Below, piece after piece: positions 23,307 through 36,158 of a stretch of DNA of 64,000 bases. The first letter of the stretch is position 1, and each line of letters starts with the position of its first letter. The translations under genes were made by a program, and so were the position numbers. This DNA comes from Azolla caroliniana. Its lineage: Eukaryota; Plantae; Polypodiophyta. The stretch covers positions 15,996,001 through 16,060,000 of the forward strand of contig JBHGNT010000010.1 of NCBI GenBank assembly GCA_043228905.1, read 5' to 3'. The notes beneath the pieces are model-generated. The model was not told where the DNA came from. It made no database searches and saw nothing but the letters and a program-made list of their open reading frames with translations.

Positions 23307-25976
23307 TCATTGTTCACCCAAATTGTCCAATTTACTTTGTTCCAGAGTTTCCACTTGTTCTTCCGGTTGTGGTTGCTGCGGCTGTGCTTGCTGCTGCTGC
23401 TGTGGTTGCGGTTGGGACTGAGGCTGCTCCGGCTGCTCTATAGGCGGCTGCTCCGTTTGTTTCTCTGACTCCGGCATCTCCGTCTGACTGCTTCCGGTCC
23501 GGTCTCCTTCCAGTAACGGTTCCTCATCACTGAGGTTGACCGTAACCGGTTCTCGTGCTTTCTCTTCCCGGATCCGGGACCTCTCGTAGCTTTCCAACTG
23601 GATCTGCGCCTCCAGCCTGTCGTCGTCCAGCTGAGCTACAAGTTGCCGGACTTGCCCTAGTTGGTCATCTGCCAAGGCTTGAAAGTCTTCGGCAAGCTCA
23701 TCTCTTATGCCGGTGAAGTCTTCGGAAGTCAGCATATAGCAATCATCTCCCTCCTTCCGCCGGTTCTCTACGTCGGCCCGGAGCAGTTGGAGTTCCGCCG
23801 CGTTCATGGCCCACTTGGTCCACCATTTGACGGAGCCGTTGTCAATCAAGCTCTTGGTCTGGTTCAACCAGGCCCACATGATATCCTGGATGCGACTTGC
23901 TCCCATTTGCGCTCTACTTTCCACCACTTGTCGCTCCTCCTTCAACTGCTTGATGAGATTCGCCGTATCCTCCGCCTGCTCTCTGTAGCGCGTCAGCTGC
24001 CCTTGATATGTTGTCTGCAGCCTCTGCAGTACCTCCGCCGCTCTTTCTTTTTCCGCCTGCTGTTGCCTGAGGAGCTCTGTCCGAACCTTCTCTGCCTCTT
24101 CCAGCCGTCTTCTGGTTTCCGCTTGTTCCTTAGCGTATGCCGTTGCGGTCCGATCAACTGCTTGCCGGAGCTCATCCGTCCGTTCCTTGTGCTCCGTTTG
24201 CAACCGTTTATACTCCCGGTGCAAGTGCTCAAATTCCTCCGTTTTTTGTTTGAGCTTGCCGTTGATCTGGCGCTGGTTCCGGTCCTCCCGGTCCTTTACC
24301 TGCCGGAGTTCCTCTTTTAGGCGCTCTACTTCTGTTTCGGCGTTCCTCCGGAGCCTGTCCTTCTCTTGCAGCATTTTCTCCTTTTCCTCCTTGAGCCGGT
24401 CGTACGCTTGGTGGCCTTTCCGTAAGCACTCCTCGGCCCGCCGTAGATTCTCAGCAGTCTTTTTGAGTTCTGCCTCCGCTGCCGTCTTCAATTCTCTTTC
24501 GCGGCTCCTCAGCGCTTCTTGGGCAGCTAGCTCATCCTTTAAGTCCGCAAGCTCTTGGGCTTGTGCCGTATTTCTCTCCGGAACGGTTTCCGTTACCGGG
24601 GTCTGATTGCTATGTACAGGTTGATCTGACGCTTTATTCTGTACATTGCCCGGAGTCACCGGTGCTTGGACTTGTGTTGTCAAAGCCAATTGAGCCATTT
24701 CCCTTGTGACCCTGTCCAAGTCTTGTTCAAGGCTCCGGATTCTGGACCGGGCCGTCTCTAGATCTACGGTTGTGACGAGCAACCGTTCGTTGTGCGCTCT
24801 CTCCTCCGCCTCTATGTACTCGACCGCTCCGGCGATCTGCTCGCCTACCCACCGTAGCCACATGCTACTGGTGCCTTGCTGCTGTACTGGTCGGGTCGGC
24901 TCGTTCACTGTGGAATTGTCTGGCCTGAGTGCCTGTATCTACCGTTCTGGTTCTACTCCTTGGCCGCCGTGTGTGCTGGCTGGGCTCGCCAGCTGTTGAG
25001 TTCCGGTTCTCGCCGTCTCCGGAACCGTTGGAATGACTTCTGGTATAGAAGTCGACGAGGCCGGTTCTACACGCACCGGTTCCGGTTCCTCCCTTGTGTT
25101 TTGCTCAGGTTGAGTTCGGGGCGTTTCTTTCTTTTGCGGGTCCGAACGCTCCCCCGCTGCCCCGGCGGTCCCACTTCTTGACCGTCGTTGGAGGTGCTCT
25201 TCTGGCTCCTCCGTTTCCTCTTCCTGGGTAACGGCATGTTTCTGTCCCGTCAAGGGTTCTGGTTCCTTCTGACCCGGTCGCCGTATGGTTATCTTAACGG
25301 GTCCCACCGGTGACACCTCCTCCGGTTCTGGGAGCCGTTTCTTCCCTTTCGTCGCCTTCGACGCCAGCAGCTGCTGTCGTTTGGACGCCGGCTTCGAGGT
25401 GCTTCCTTCCGATACTCTTGGCCGCTTCTTTGGCTGAACGGTCTCGACTGGCGGTACGAGCAATGTTATCCACTGAGCTACGGCATGCCACAGCTTCCGG
25501 CCCTCCTTGCCGTCCTTTCCTCGTACCATGTCGATTGCCGCGCACAAACCGTCTGCAATCAACACCGGCCAGTCCACCTGGATCCCTTCATAGGTGGCTA
25601 TGATCATCCCTGCCCGATTTTTTGGCATGACAGGGGGTCGGGGGTACACGTGGCCGTACTCATGGAGCACTCGAGCTATCTCCCTGAACAGCGGATCTTC
25701 GCCGCCCTGCGTTCGATAGCCTTTGCCAGCTACAGAGTACTCACCGAAATATCGGGTGAGTTGCTCCGAGGTTGGATTATCAATCTGAAAAATACCTCCC
25801 TCCGGAAGGCCTGTTAGCGCACGGATCGCTTCCTCGGTGATGACTTCTTTGTCGAGCTCCTTGATGACCTGGTCGGCTTCTTTGTGCGGTGGTGCCTCCA
25901 TGATGGTCAAGAACCCGTCCAGTCCGTGTTGCCTGAACCATTTCCTGGCCGCTTCCGACAGCGTTTGTGGTTCCAT
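23307..25976 (-). pseudogene. Extra 3' ORF of element C (about 890 codons: globular N-domain, linker, long coiled coil) with one in-frame TAG at 24939-24941
   Basis: ORFs 24939-26291 and 23307-24908 share a frame; likely ATG at 25976 (MEPQTL). Confidence 0.75.
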
Positions 25977-26352
25977 GTCTGCTTCGAGGTCGAGGAAAGA
26001 TGGCGAGGTAGAGTGGTGATGAGAGTGAGAGCGAGAGAGGGCGCGAGACAGAGAGCGTTCCGAACGTGGGGTTTCTCTGAGTGCAGGTTCGCGCTTGCTA
26101 AGCTTCCACTGCCTTGGTGCTTCTGTGCTTCTTGGCTCGCGAAAAAAGAAAGTCTCCATGCGTTCTTCTTTTTCTCTGTGCGTCTTGGCGCCTTTTTTTT
26201 CGAGCATGCGCACGTCGTGTACCCATTTAGTATTAAGCAATGTGGCAGCTCTTAAATGCCCACTTCGTACCTTTTCGCTCCTTGCTTTCACGTCCGTTCA
26301 TACCTCGATTTTTAATGATTTTTTTTTTTTTTTTAAATGACGGTGTGTGACC

Positions 26353-29300
26353 TTACACATCCGTAGGTCCCTTCGGACCCTTACCGTTTTCCTTACGGGT
26401 TGCCGTGTCTTCCTTCGCCTCTGCTACAGGTTCCCCGTCGTCTTTTTCTTCCATCCGTACCGTTCCCGGACAGGTTCCCGGTATAGTGGCGGTGGGCTGC
26501 ATAAACGGGTTATTTGGCATCGGTCCTTTATAGGGCTTTAGTCTAAATCCGTTCACCCACTTGCCTAGTACTTCACCGGCAAGTGTCCCTATCTGATAGG
26601 ACCCGTTGTATTCCCGTGTCAGCCAATACGGGCCTGTCCATCTAAACCGGAGTTTACCCGGCATCTTGCCCATCCTCGTTTGGAATACTAGCACCGGCTT
26701 ACCGATTCCGAACATCTTTTCATTACCTTTCCGGTGACGGTCAACGAACGCTTTCCGTCGTCGTTGCTCCAGTTCCATGTGTAGGATGCTGGCCGCATTT
26801 CCTCCGACTTCTTTTCATTCAGCCGTTCCCGTAGTTGGATCCGTAAGCTTGGTACCTGAAATTCCACCGGCATGACCGCCTCTAAGCCGAACGCTAACCG
26901 GAACGGCGTTGTCCGGATACTTGTTTTGTATGCCGTTTGGTACGCCCATAGCGCGCTATGGAGCTTTGTATCCCAGTCCATCCGGTTTTCATTGACGATT
27001 TTGCGGAGAATGTTCTGCAGCGTTTTGTTGGTGGACTCTGCTAACCCGTTTGCTTGTGGGTAGTACGGTGTGCTCCGTTTATGGACCACGGCATAGAACG
27101 TTGTTAAGCTTTCCACTACCTGGCCGAGGAAGTGCCCTCCTTGGTCGCTGATTAGTTCAATCGGACATCCATATCGGCACCAAATGTTCTCGTACAGGAA
27201 TTTTGCTGTGGATGACGCGGTATTGTCTCTCAAGGCCTTAGCCTCCACCCATTTAGTGCAATAATCCGTTGCCACGATGACATAACGATTACCCGTTCTC
27301 AATGCCGGTGGCTTGAACGGTCCGACAAAATCCAACCCCCACTTCTGGAATGGCTCTAGTGGAAGTACCGGTTGGTGTGGCATCCGTGCTTGCTCCGTAG
27401 GCTGGCCCATTCGTTGGCATAGGTCACATTCCTTAGCATACTTGACGACGTCTTTTAACGTCGCGGGCCACCATAAGCCGCTCTGCCATACTTTCCTTGC
27501 CGTCGCTTCCCCGGCATAGTGTCCTCCGGCAACCCCACAGTGTGCTTCCCGTAAGATTACTTGTTTCTCGTCACTACGGACTGCCCGTCTCCATATTCCA
27601 TCTGCTCCTTTGTGGTAGAGAGTGTCCCGTAACAGACAGAAATTGCGGCTCTGCACCGCCAGTCGTTTCCTCTCGTCCCGGTTCATTTCCTCCGGTGGCA
27701 GGCCCGTGCTTAGGAACTGGTGCATGTTCGTCATCCACCTATCTTCTGATGCCACCGTGTCGTCCGCTGCCGTTTCCGGGGTGATACGGAATAACTCTGC
27801 GTCCGGGAATTCATCCGATACTCCGTCGCCTGATTCTCCGGATTCTAACCGGCTCAGGTAGTCTGCTATGGCATGCTGGATACCGGGCCGGTGGAAGATC
27901 TCGAATTCGAACTCCTGCAACAGCAAGGTCCAACGGGCCAACTTACCGGTCAGGGACGCCTTGGACACTAAGTACAGGAGCGCCGAGTGATCCACATGAA
28001 AGGAGAACTTCCTTCCCAATAGGTAATGACGAAACTTTGTTACACTGTATATCATGCCCAGGGCCTCCCGTTCCGTTGTCGAATAGTTCTTCTCCGCTTG
28101 GGACAGCTTCCGGCTAGCGTAATATACCGGCCGGTACCATTTAGGCTCCGTAAGTTGCATTAAGGCGCTGCCGATAGCGATGTCGGAAGCGTCCACGAAC
28201 ACGTGAAATTCCTTGCTCCAATCCGGAGGCTGCACGACGGGTGCTTGCGACAAAAGTACCTTCAGGGCATTGTATGCCTTATCCTCCGTATTCGTCCATT
28301 GGAACGGTGTCCGATGTACCGCGGTGTGTAATGGTGTAGCCAAGTCAGCCAAGTGACGGAGCATCCGGCTGTGCCACCGGATCTGTCCTAAGAATCGGCT
28401 TAGTGCTTTGGCCGTTTTCGGTGCCGGTGCCCCTAGTATCGCGTTTACTTTGTTCGGGTCGACCGCAATGCCCTCCTTACTTACAATGTGTCCCAGTAAG
28501 ATTCCACTTGAAACTCCAAAGATGCATTTTGCTGGGTTTAAGCTTAGCCAGTATAACCTACACTTTTCAAGGCATAACCGTAGGTGCTGCAAATGGTCTT
28601 TTCCCCGGCTATAGACTGCAAAATCATCCAGGAAAACCTGCATGAAGGGAGGAATGTATTCGCCGAAGATCTCCATGATGATTCGCTGGAACGTTGCTGG
28701 TGCCGTTTTTAGGCCGAACATCATTACTTCGGCCACAAACACCCCCCATTCGGTGACGAACGCTGTCTTCTCCTGGTCGTCGGGGTGCATCCGGATTTGA
28801 TTGTATCCGCTGAACCCGTCTAAAAAACTATAAACTTCATGTCCGGCGACGGCATCCAGTACTCCATCCGTGAACGGAAGAGGGAATGCATCCGTAATTG
28901 TGGCTGCATTTAGTTTCCTGTAATCTACACACACGCGGATTTTACCGTTCTTCTTTGGGACGACGACGATGGGGCTCAGCCACGTCGCTTTCTTTACCGG
29001 CCGGATGAAGCCCACTCTTAGGAGTTTGTCGATTTCCTCCTTCGCTTTGGCGGCGTAGTTGGGGTTCATTCGGTAACATCTTTGCGCCACTGGTTTCGCG
29101 TCCTTGCCTAAGTGGATCTGATGCTGATATAATTGAGGGTCCAGCCCTTGCATGTCTTCGTATGACCAGGCGAATACGTCGCGAAACTCCGTGAGAAGTT
29201 TGATCATCGCCGCTTTATCTTCCGGCTTCATTTCTTTGGCGATGTGTACCGGCTTTGATTCGTCCTTGCTTCCTAGGTTCACTTCGTCGAGCTGGGATGC

Positions 29301-32198
29301 TTTTACCCGTTGGGAAACGGCCATTTCCCGTTCCAACGCTTCCTGTGCTTGCCATAATTCCCGAATCGCATCTTTGTCTGGTTCGGCTTCGATTTCGTCC
29401 CGCTGTGGCAAGTATGGCGCTACGGCTTCAGCTACGTCAATCTCGAAGAGTGGTACGATCTTCGGGTGTTCCTCCAAGTACTGGGCTTCTTCGTCGTCTG
29501 CCAACCCTTCAAGCATGTTTACGCATTCCGCATACAGCGGTGTGCATTCCTTACCGTTGCTCGTCCGTGGTTGTGTCGGTACCCGGACCTTGGCTTTTCC
29601 GCGCCGGAAGGTAATCATATTTTTCCGCCAATTTTGCTTGATGTGTGCTGTTTTCAACCATGGTCTGCCCAGCAACAGTGGGTACGCGCCTTGCGCCTGT
29701 AGCTGCAGCACTACAGCCAAGATGTGAAATGTGTGACCTCCTATGGTGACCTCCAATTTCCGTATTAAGCCCGTCGGCCGTACAGAGCTCGTATCCGCCA
29801 TCCGTAACCAGAACGGACATGGCTCCCATTCATGTATACCCAAGGCATCACACGTGCGGAGGCTTATTACGTTCACCCCGGAACCTCCATCGATTACTGT
29901 GCCGGGAAGTTCGTGCCCTTTGACAATAGCTGTAATCGCCGGACTACTAGTGTCCACCACCGTCGGTCCCTCCTCCGGGTTCGAGAAGAGGACTGGTGCC
30001 GGTGGGGCTATACCGTCTGTCATGCCCGTTTTTAGTCCTTCCGTAAATCGCGGCACGAGCTGCAAGAGTCTTCCTAACGGCAACGTGATCTGACATTCTT
30101 GCAGTGCTTGCCATGTCTCGTTTTCTGGGTGGCTACCGCCAGCACTCCCTATGGTATTCGCCTTTTGCCGTTCCGCGTCCGCGACGTTCCTTTCATTGGC
30201 TTCCTTCACCCATTCCGTCGCCTGTTTTCGTATGGCCTCTTGTGTTTCCCACTCTTTGGCCATGCCTTTCGACCGTGTGGTTACTTGCTGTATATCCGCC
30301 ACTTCCGGAACCACCATATTAACTGCTGGTCGTTTCTCGTAGCTCTTTACCGGGCACTGGTTACTGTAGTGGCCTTCCTGCCTGCAGTAGTAGCAGTACT
30401 CTTTACGGGTATTGCTGGATTCAGCATTGCTGGTAGCCGGAGTCGGTCCCGTAGTGAGTGGTGCGTTCTGTGCCGGTTGGCTCCTTGGGGTTCCATGTTC
30501 CGGGTCCCTAGGCTGACCACCTTTCTTGAAATTACGTTTCTTATTATTCTTATTTTTATTTCGGTAGTCCGGTCGTGGTGGATCGTAAAATCGGCCGTAG
30601 TCCTCCTGGTGCCTTCGGTAACCAGGGGAATGGTCTCTGTCGTATTGCTCGTGTCGTCTGTTGGGCTCCCGATAACGGTCCGATCGCTCATACCGGTCGT
30701 AGTTATCATGCCGATTCCCGTACCGGCCATCATTCTCTTGTCTGTCGCCGTACCGGACATCCTGTGCCGGTCGGTACCGGTTCATTCTTTGCCAACGACC
30801 TTCATCTTCGTCTCGGTTGCTTCCTGGCTCGATCCGTCGGACGGGTGGTGCTTGTCGGTTTAACAGGTTATACTCGCACCGGTCTGTTGTATGACTCTTG
30901 GATTGACAAATCACACACTGGGTTCGCATGGTGCACTCCACTGCCGAGTGTCCGGCATTCAAGCAGATTGTGCATTGAATTGCCTGCCGGAACCGGAGAT
31001 CTTCCTCGGTGGGTAACGCCCGTTGCAGTGTTCCCAGTGTAAGCCATGAGCTTGACTTTTCCATTTCTCTGACCCGGTCAATGACCTGGTCAATGGTGCT
31101 TCCTCGAAAGTCGATTACCGTACACACCGTGCGTAACGGTTCCCGGAGTGCGTTTAAAAATATCGTCCGTAATTCCTCCTCCGGGGGTGCACGGGCAAGC
31201 TGGCTATGCATTTGTTGGAAACGGATGACGAATTGGGGAATGCTTTCCCCTGCCTCCTGTCGCATCGTATAGAACAGGCCCACCATTGTCGTCTGGTCGA
31301 CCTCCTTGTGGAAAAAATGCAAGAATTTTGCTTTTAATTCTGCAAAGGTTGTGATGGTCGCCGGGTCCTGCGTCCGCCGCCATCGTGTTGCTGGTCCTTC
31401 CAACGTGACCCCGAATTCCGCTATCTTCGAGCGTTCTTCTTCCTCCGGTGTCATTCGCTGGGACGTGTGATTTGCTTCCCATGTCTGCTCGAAGGCATGA
31501 ACATGCGCTTCCGCGTCCGGATCATCGCGATACTTTGAGTATTGGAACGGCATGTCGTCGTCCAGTATTAGGCCGCGGTTTAGTGGCGTTTGTTGATATC
31601 TTTCCGGTTTTCTCTCCGGTTCCACTTCCGGTTCTTTTGCCGGTGCTTTTTCCGGTTCCTTTTCCGGTTCCTTTTCCGGTTCCTTCACCGGCTCTTCTTC
31701 CGGTACCTTTGCCGGCTCTTTCGTTGGTGTCGATGGCTTTGCTTCTTCCACTTCTGGTGTTGGTGGGTTGACGGCTTCCGTTTGCGGTTCCGGATAGCCC
31801 TGGTTGAGCGGTTCCGGTTCTGGAGTCGGTACGGTATCCGACCCGTCGTCCTTCGGGCCGCCAGGGGTATCGTTGCTGCTCCGGTAGTTCGTGTGCACGC
31901 TGTATCCCCCGTCGGAATCCGATTCGTAGGCTGAAAAGGCTTCTGCCTCATTTTCTCCGCTTGCCAGCGCCTCGAGGAGGCGTTCAGTTTCCCGGAGACT
32001 ACTTAGACTGCTTCCGTCGTCCTGGTCGCGAGTTTGCTGTAACCTAAGAGATTCCTCCGCGACTCTCTGGATCTCGTTGGAGAACGAACGATCCGAGCGA
32101 ATTTCGTGCGCTGCTTGCTGGAAAGTCTCACGCCGTCTTTGCCATTCGGCGAGGCGTCGAGCTCGGTCTGTAACCAAGTCGTGCGTTGGTCTAGTCAT
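26353..32198 (-). CDS. Gag-Pol polyprotein of element C, with a frameshift near 26790 in the integrase tail
   Basis: Three CCHC knuckles; VIDGGSGVNVI protease; WLSPIVVVPKK...FLDGFSGYNQI...FLDD RT; VDASD...EREAL RNase H; WGLDFVGPF...SDQG...NGLAE integrase; RWTGPY continues in 26353-26778. Confidence 0.92.
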
Positions 32199-32709
32199 CC
32201 ATTACCGTCGTTCGCTGCGAGAAAGCAGGAATCGTGGTCGCCAAAACTGTGTTATTCGCTGGCCGGACAAGGCCTAACACAAGGTGTCACGGAGACACTT
32301 CACCAAAGGGTGATTACGGCATAGGATTAAGATTCAACGATTACACCGACTTACGTAAGTTACACGATTAGAATGCTTTGGTTAATTACACGCGTAAGAT
32401 ATAACAGTAATTACAGAACGGAAATCAGACAGAAGTACAAACACCATAAGCTCTATTAATTATCCGCTGCGATTACAATGGGGTCCGGGCCTTTAAATAG
32501 GTTTCCGGCCCGTAGTACAAAACGGTGCCTATCGCACCTATTCGGGATCCGTCCGGATCTGGAACGGCATACCGTTTCCAGTCCGTCCGTCCACACTATG
32601 CTTATTTACAACCATACTAAATTAATTCCTTCACTCCGTATTTTGGACTCCTTGCCGGCCGGTAACACACGCAACATGAACGCACAAGGGGACGATAACA
32701 CAAACACAA

Positions 32710-33120
32710 ATGTCCGTACGGCTTTATGAGGAGGAGAGGTGCATGGGCACGCCTGAACGCTCCCTCGTGACAAGACGTCGAACGTACGAGGAAGACACAA
32801 AAAACACGCACAAAATGCTCGTATGCCTTTATGAGGAGGAGAGGTGCATGGGCAAGCCCGAACGGTCCCCTCGTCACAAGACGGTCGAACGTACAAGGAA
32901 GACACAAACACACACACAAATGCTCGTACGTCTTTATGAGGAGGAGAGGTGCATGGGCAAGCCCGAACGGTCCCCTCATCACAAGACGACCGAACGTACA
33001 AGGAAGACACAAACACACGCACAAATGCTCGTACGCCTTTATGAGGAGGAGAGGTGCATGGGCAAGCCCGAATGGCCCCCTCGTCACAAGACGACCGAAC
33101 GTACAAGGAAGACACAAACA
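32710..33120. repeat. Tandem array, 4 copies of the 105-bp LTR-A unit
   Basis: Same unit as 21745-22470. Confidence 0.95.
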
Positions 33121-33524
33121 CAAGGGGACGATAACACAAACACGGATCAGTTCTGGACTCTCGGTCCTTCTGGCGAGCTTCTTCGTCCAGCAAGCTCGAC
33201 TTTATCCTTGCTAGGGACAAGTGTTTACCTTCCGGTGTCGCGAAGTTTCGCGCGCGTGTGTTACTTGGGCGGGACCACGGGGGTCTCGGACTAGGGAGTA
33301 CTCAAGGGACAGAGAAGACCCGAGGTTTGCTTTATGACAATACTACTTCCCCACCCCTTCCCGAGCAAGGTCTCGTTCCCCTTTTGTTTTGTGAGGCCGG
33401 TGGCTTTCGTTGATCACGATTCGTCGACCTTCCGAGATCACCGTACGAGCCAAGTGACCAAACGAGTACAAGCAAGATGAGCACGCAACATGAACACACA
33501 AGGGCACGATAACACAAACACGAA

Positions 33525-34247
33525 TGTCCGTACGGCTTTATGAGGAGGAGAGGTGCATGGGCGCGCCTGAACGCTCCCTCGTGACAAGACGTCGAACGTA
33601 CGAGGAAGACACAAAAAACACGCACAAAATGCTCGTATGCCTTTATGAGGAGGAGAGGTGCATGGGCAAGCCCGAATGGTCCCCTCGTCACAAGACGGTC
33701 GAACGTACAAGGAAGACACAAAAAACACGCACAAAATGCTCGTATGCCTTTATGAGGAGGAGAGGTGCATGGGCAAGCCCGAACGGTCCCCTCGTCACAA
33801 GACGGTCGAACGTACAAGGAAGACACAAACACACACACAAATGCTCGTACGTCTTTATGAGGAGGAGAGGTGCATGGGCAAGCCCGAATGGTCCCCTCGT
33901 CACAAGACGACCGAACGTACAAGGAAGACACAAACACACGCACAAATGCTCGTACGGCTTTATGAGGAGGAGAGGTGCATGGGCAAGCCCGAATGGTCCC
34001 CTCGTCACAAGACGACCGAACGTACAAGGAAGACACAAACACACACACAAAATGCTCGTACGCCTTTATGAGGAGGAGAGGTGCATGGGCAAGCCCGAAC
34101 GGTCCCCTCGTCACAAGACGACCGAACGTACAAGGAAGACACAAACACACATACAAATGCTCGTACGCCTTTATGAGGAGGAGAGGTGCATGGGCAAGCC
34201 TGAACGGTCCCCTCGTCACAAGACGGCCGAACGTACAAGAAAGACAC
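33525..34247. repeat. Tandem array, 7 copies of the 105-107 bp LTR-A unit
   Basis: Same unit as 21745-22470. Confidence 0.95.
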
Positions 34248-36158
34248 GAATAAAGAAAGAAGGAGAGAAAGAAACACGAACAATATTGACCAAAGAGTTA
34301 AATACGTGTTTGATTCTAATGCAAGAGGACCCTTTATAAAATAGGGTTTTTTTTTTACAATGGCAACTTATAGTTAACCACAAGCTCAATCAAAACATAA
34401 ATATTAAATGCCCTTAGAGACAAGGCAAAACCGAACACGGCGAAGACGAACACACGAGCACCACCAAAATGCCAATCCCAACGAACCACGACCACCCGAA
34501 CGGCAAGCACACGGGCTCGCAACGACGAACGGGGCGGAGCAACGTCGAGCCAACGAAGCTTGGGCTCACGAGCACGTGGCGATGGGGGAATGAAGGGGTA
34601 TGAGATGAAGAAAAGTGGTGAATAAGGAGATGAAGAGCTTCGAAGGAAAATTGGCGATAGTCTCCTCCTCCCAAAACGTCCCTCCAAATGAGCCCCCCCT
34701 CGACCTCCTTTCATAGGAAAAAAAAGAAGGGGGGGGTCGCCAAATTTGTCTTCAATGAAAAAGGAATAAAATTCCTTACATCACGCTGCACTGTAAGACT
34801 AGATTCGAACTGTGCACCTCTAGCTAGTAGTCAATGTGACTATCAACTAACCCACTAACTCTTTCTTATATAATATGTAAGTTTATCTCTATAAATTTAT
34901 AGCCTGTCTCCTCTCTACCCTTTATCTCACCTCTCTCTTACTTTTTGCACGAGCTTCTATACCTCCCTTTTACCCTTTCTTTTCCTTTTTATTTTGCATA
35001 TGCACAATTAATCGCTTTTGTGTGCACACACATTGTACATGCACATTTTTGACCCCCTTTTCGCCGGTTTTTCCCACCCTCGAGCACGCCACATCACGAC
35101 ACCGGCCCGGTGTTGCCCAAAGTGACAACTAACATCTCCCAACTATTTGTGAGGGAATCGGGTAGCAGCAATGCGAATACCTCGTTGGCTACATGTACTT
35201 CCAACGAGGTTGTTTGGTTTATCAGCCCCTGGAATGCATTCATGTGCTCTGCCATGCTGGATCTGTCTTGGTATCGGAGTCTCACTAACTTCCGGAATAC
35301 TGAAACCCGATTTACGACGTTCTTGCTCTCCAACATGGTACCGATTTTCTCCTAGAGCACATGGACCTTACTTTCTTCGTTGACATTGTTGTAAAGGCTC
35401 ATGTCGATGAAGCATCTTATGTATGCCATTGTCTTCATATGCATCACCTCCTAGGTCTTTTGTTTCCAAACTATACTTGCAACCAGAGATCTTTGACCAC
35501 CAACATGTCCCTCATCTTTGATTTCCACACTGGGTAGTTGCAGCCGGTGAGCTTGAACATGCTACCGAATGACTCTTCCATTTTCTTTCTTTGTTTGAAG
35601 TTTACAACCTTGCTCTGATACCAGTTTGAGAGGAATATTGCTCGGCCACAACCGAGTCTCAATCACATAATGGAAGAAACAGAAACCAGAAATGAGACGA
35701 CACAGGATGTTAACGTGCAAAACCCTAATAGGGAAAAGAACCACGGGAGCCCATAGACTACAACTATCACTGTGAGAGGAAAGGTACAATGGGATACTCG
35801 AAGGCAACAACCTCGAGCTCTATCTTCGCCAACCGGCGGTTACAACTGAAAAGCTTCCCCCTCCATCTCTCAATCTCTCTCTCTGTACAATAACAACTAC
35901 AATGATCATCACAACCAACCATACAAACATAGTTGTCCTAGTTATATTTATACTTATATAACTTTAGGACTATTTACAAATATAACCTGAAATAGTCACG
36001 TCTAAACACATTTACTAATATGTTCCTATTTGCTGGTTCACACCGGATCCGGCCAGACTCCTTCCGGATCCATCCGGTCCAATTCCTTCCTTCGTCATGT
36101 CTGATCCGGCTCGTCCAATTCTCATCCGGATCCCATCTGGAGGGACCTTTTCCCAACA

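Larger units (their letters stand above)
22837..32667 (-). mobile_element. Full-length Athila-like (non-chromovirus) Gypsy element C; LTRs 22837-23254 and 32250-32667
   Basis: 418-bp LTRs with 3 differences seen; 5-bp TSD CACGC; minus-strand TATA-like CCTATTTAAAG; PBS TGGCGACCACG at 32233-32243. Confidence 0.93.
14286..35101 (-). mobile_element. Phygy-like solo LTR (element A) with a triplicated end and internal tandem arrays; hosts elements B and C
   Basis: Termini TGTCGCGA...TCACGACA; 4-bp TSD CCGG (14282-14285, 35102-35105); shares the GGGACCAC..GGTCTC motif with the other Phygy-like LTRs. Confidence 0.8.
13361..36158 (-). mobile_element. Copia 5' part (5' LTR 35627-36158, tRNA-iMet PBS 35612-35623, gag 35102-35581 plus 14000-14285, protease/integrase start 13361-13905), split by a 20.8-kb nest
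   Basis: PBS TGGTATCAGAGC; gag KLTGCNYPVWKSKMRDML; removing 14286-35101 and one CCGG restores TLGNTGPEGKHLSLARIK; CFYCGRLGH knuckle; TFIDDHS integrase motif. Confidence 0.88.

Noticed and set aside
23257-23310. A tRNA gene
   Set aside because: Only the T-arm and 3' acceptor strand are present, with encoded CCA; no D-arm or anticodon arm.
22837-32667. Element C being plus-sense with an inverted interior
   Set aside because: The LTR TATA-like motif, the gag-proximal PBS and all ORFs agree on the minus strand, and there is no plus-strand PPT before 32250.
21745-34339. Many ORFs (up to 295 aa) over the 105-bp arrays
   Set aside because: By-products of a stop-poor repeat whose period is near a multiple of 3; frames shift between units.
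12252-36158. The two Copia LTRs as a pair from one element
   Set aside because: Too divergent, different lengths, no TSD, and separated by an assembly gap.
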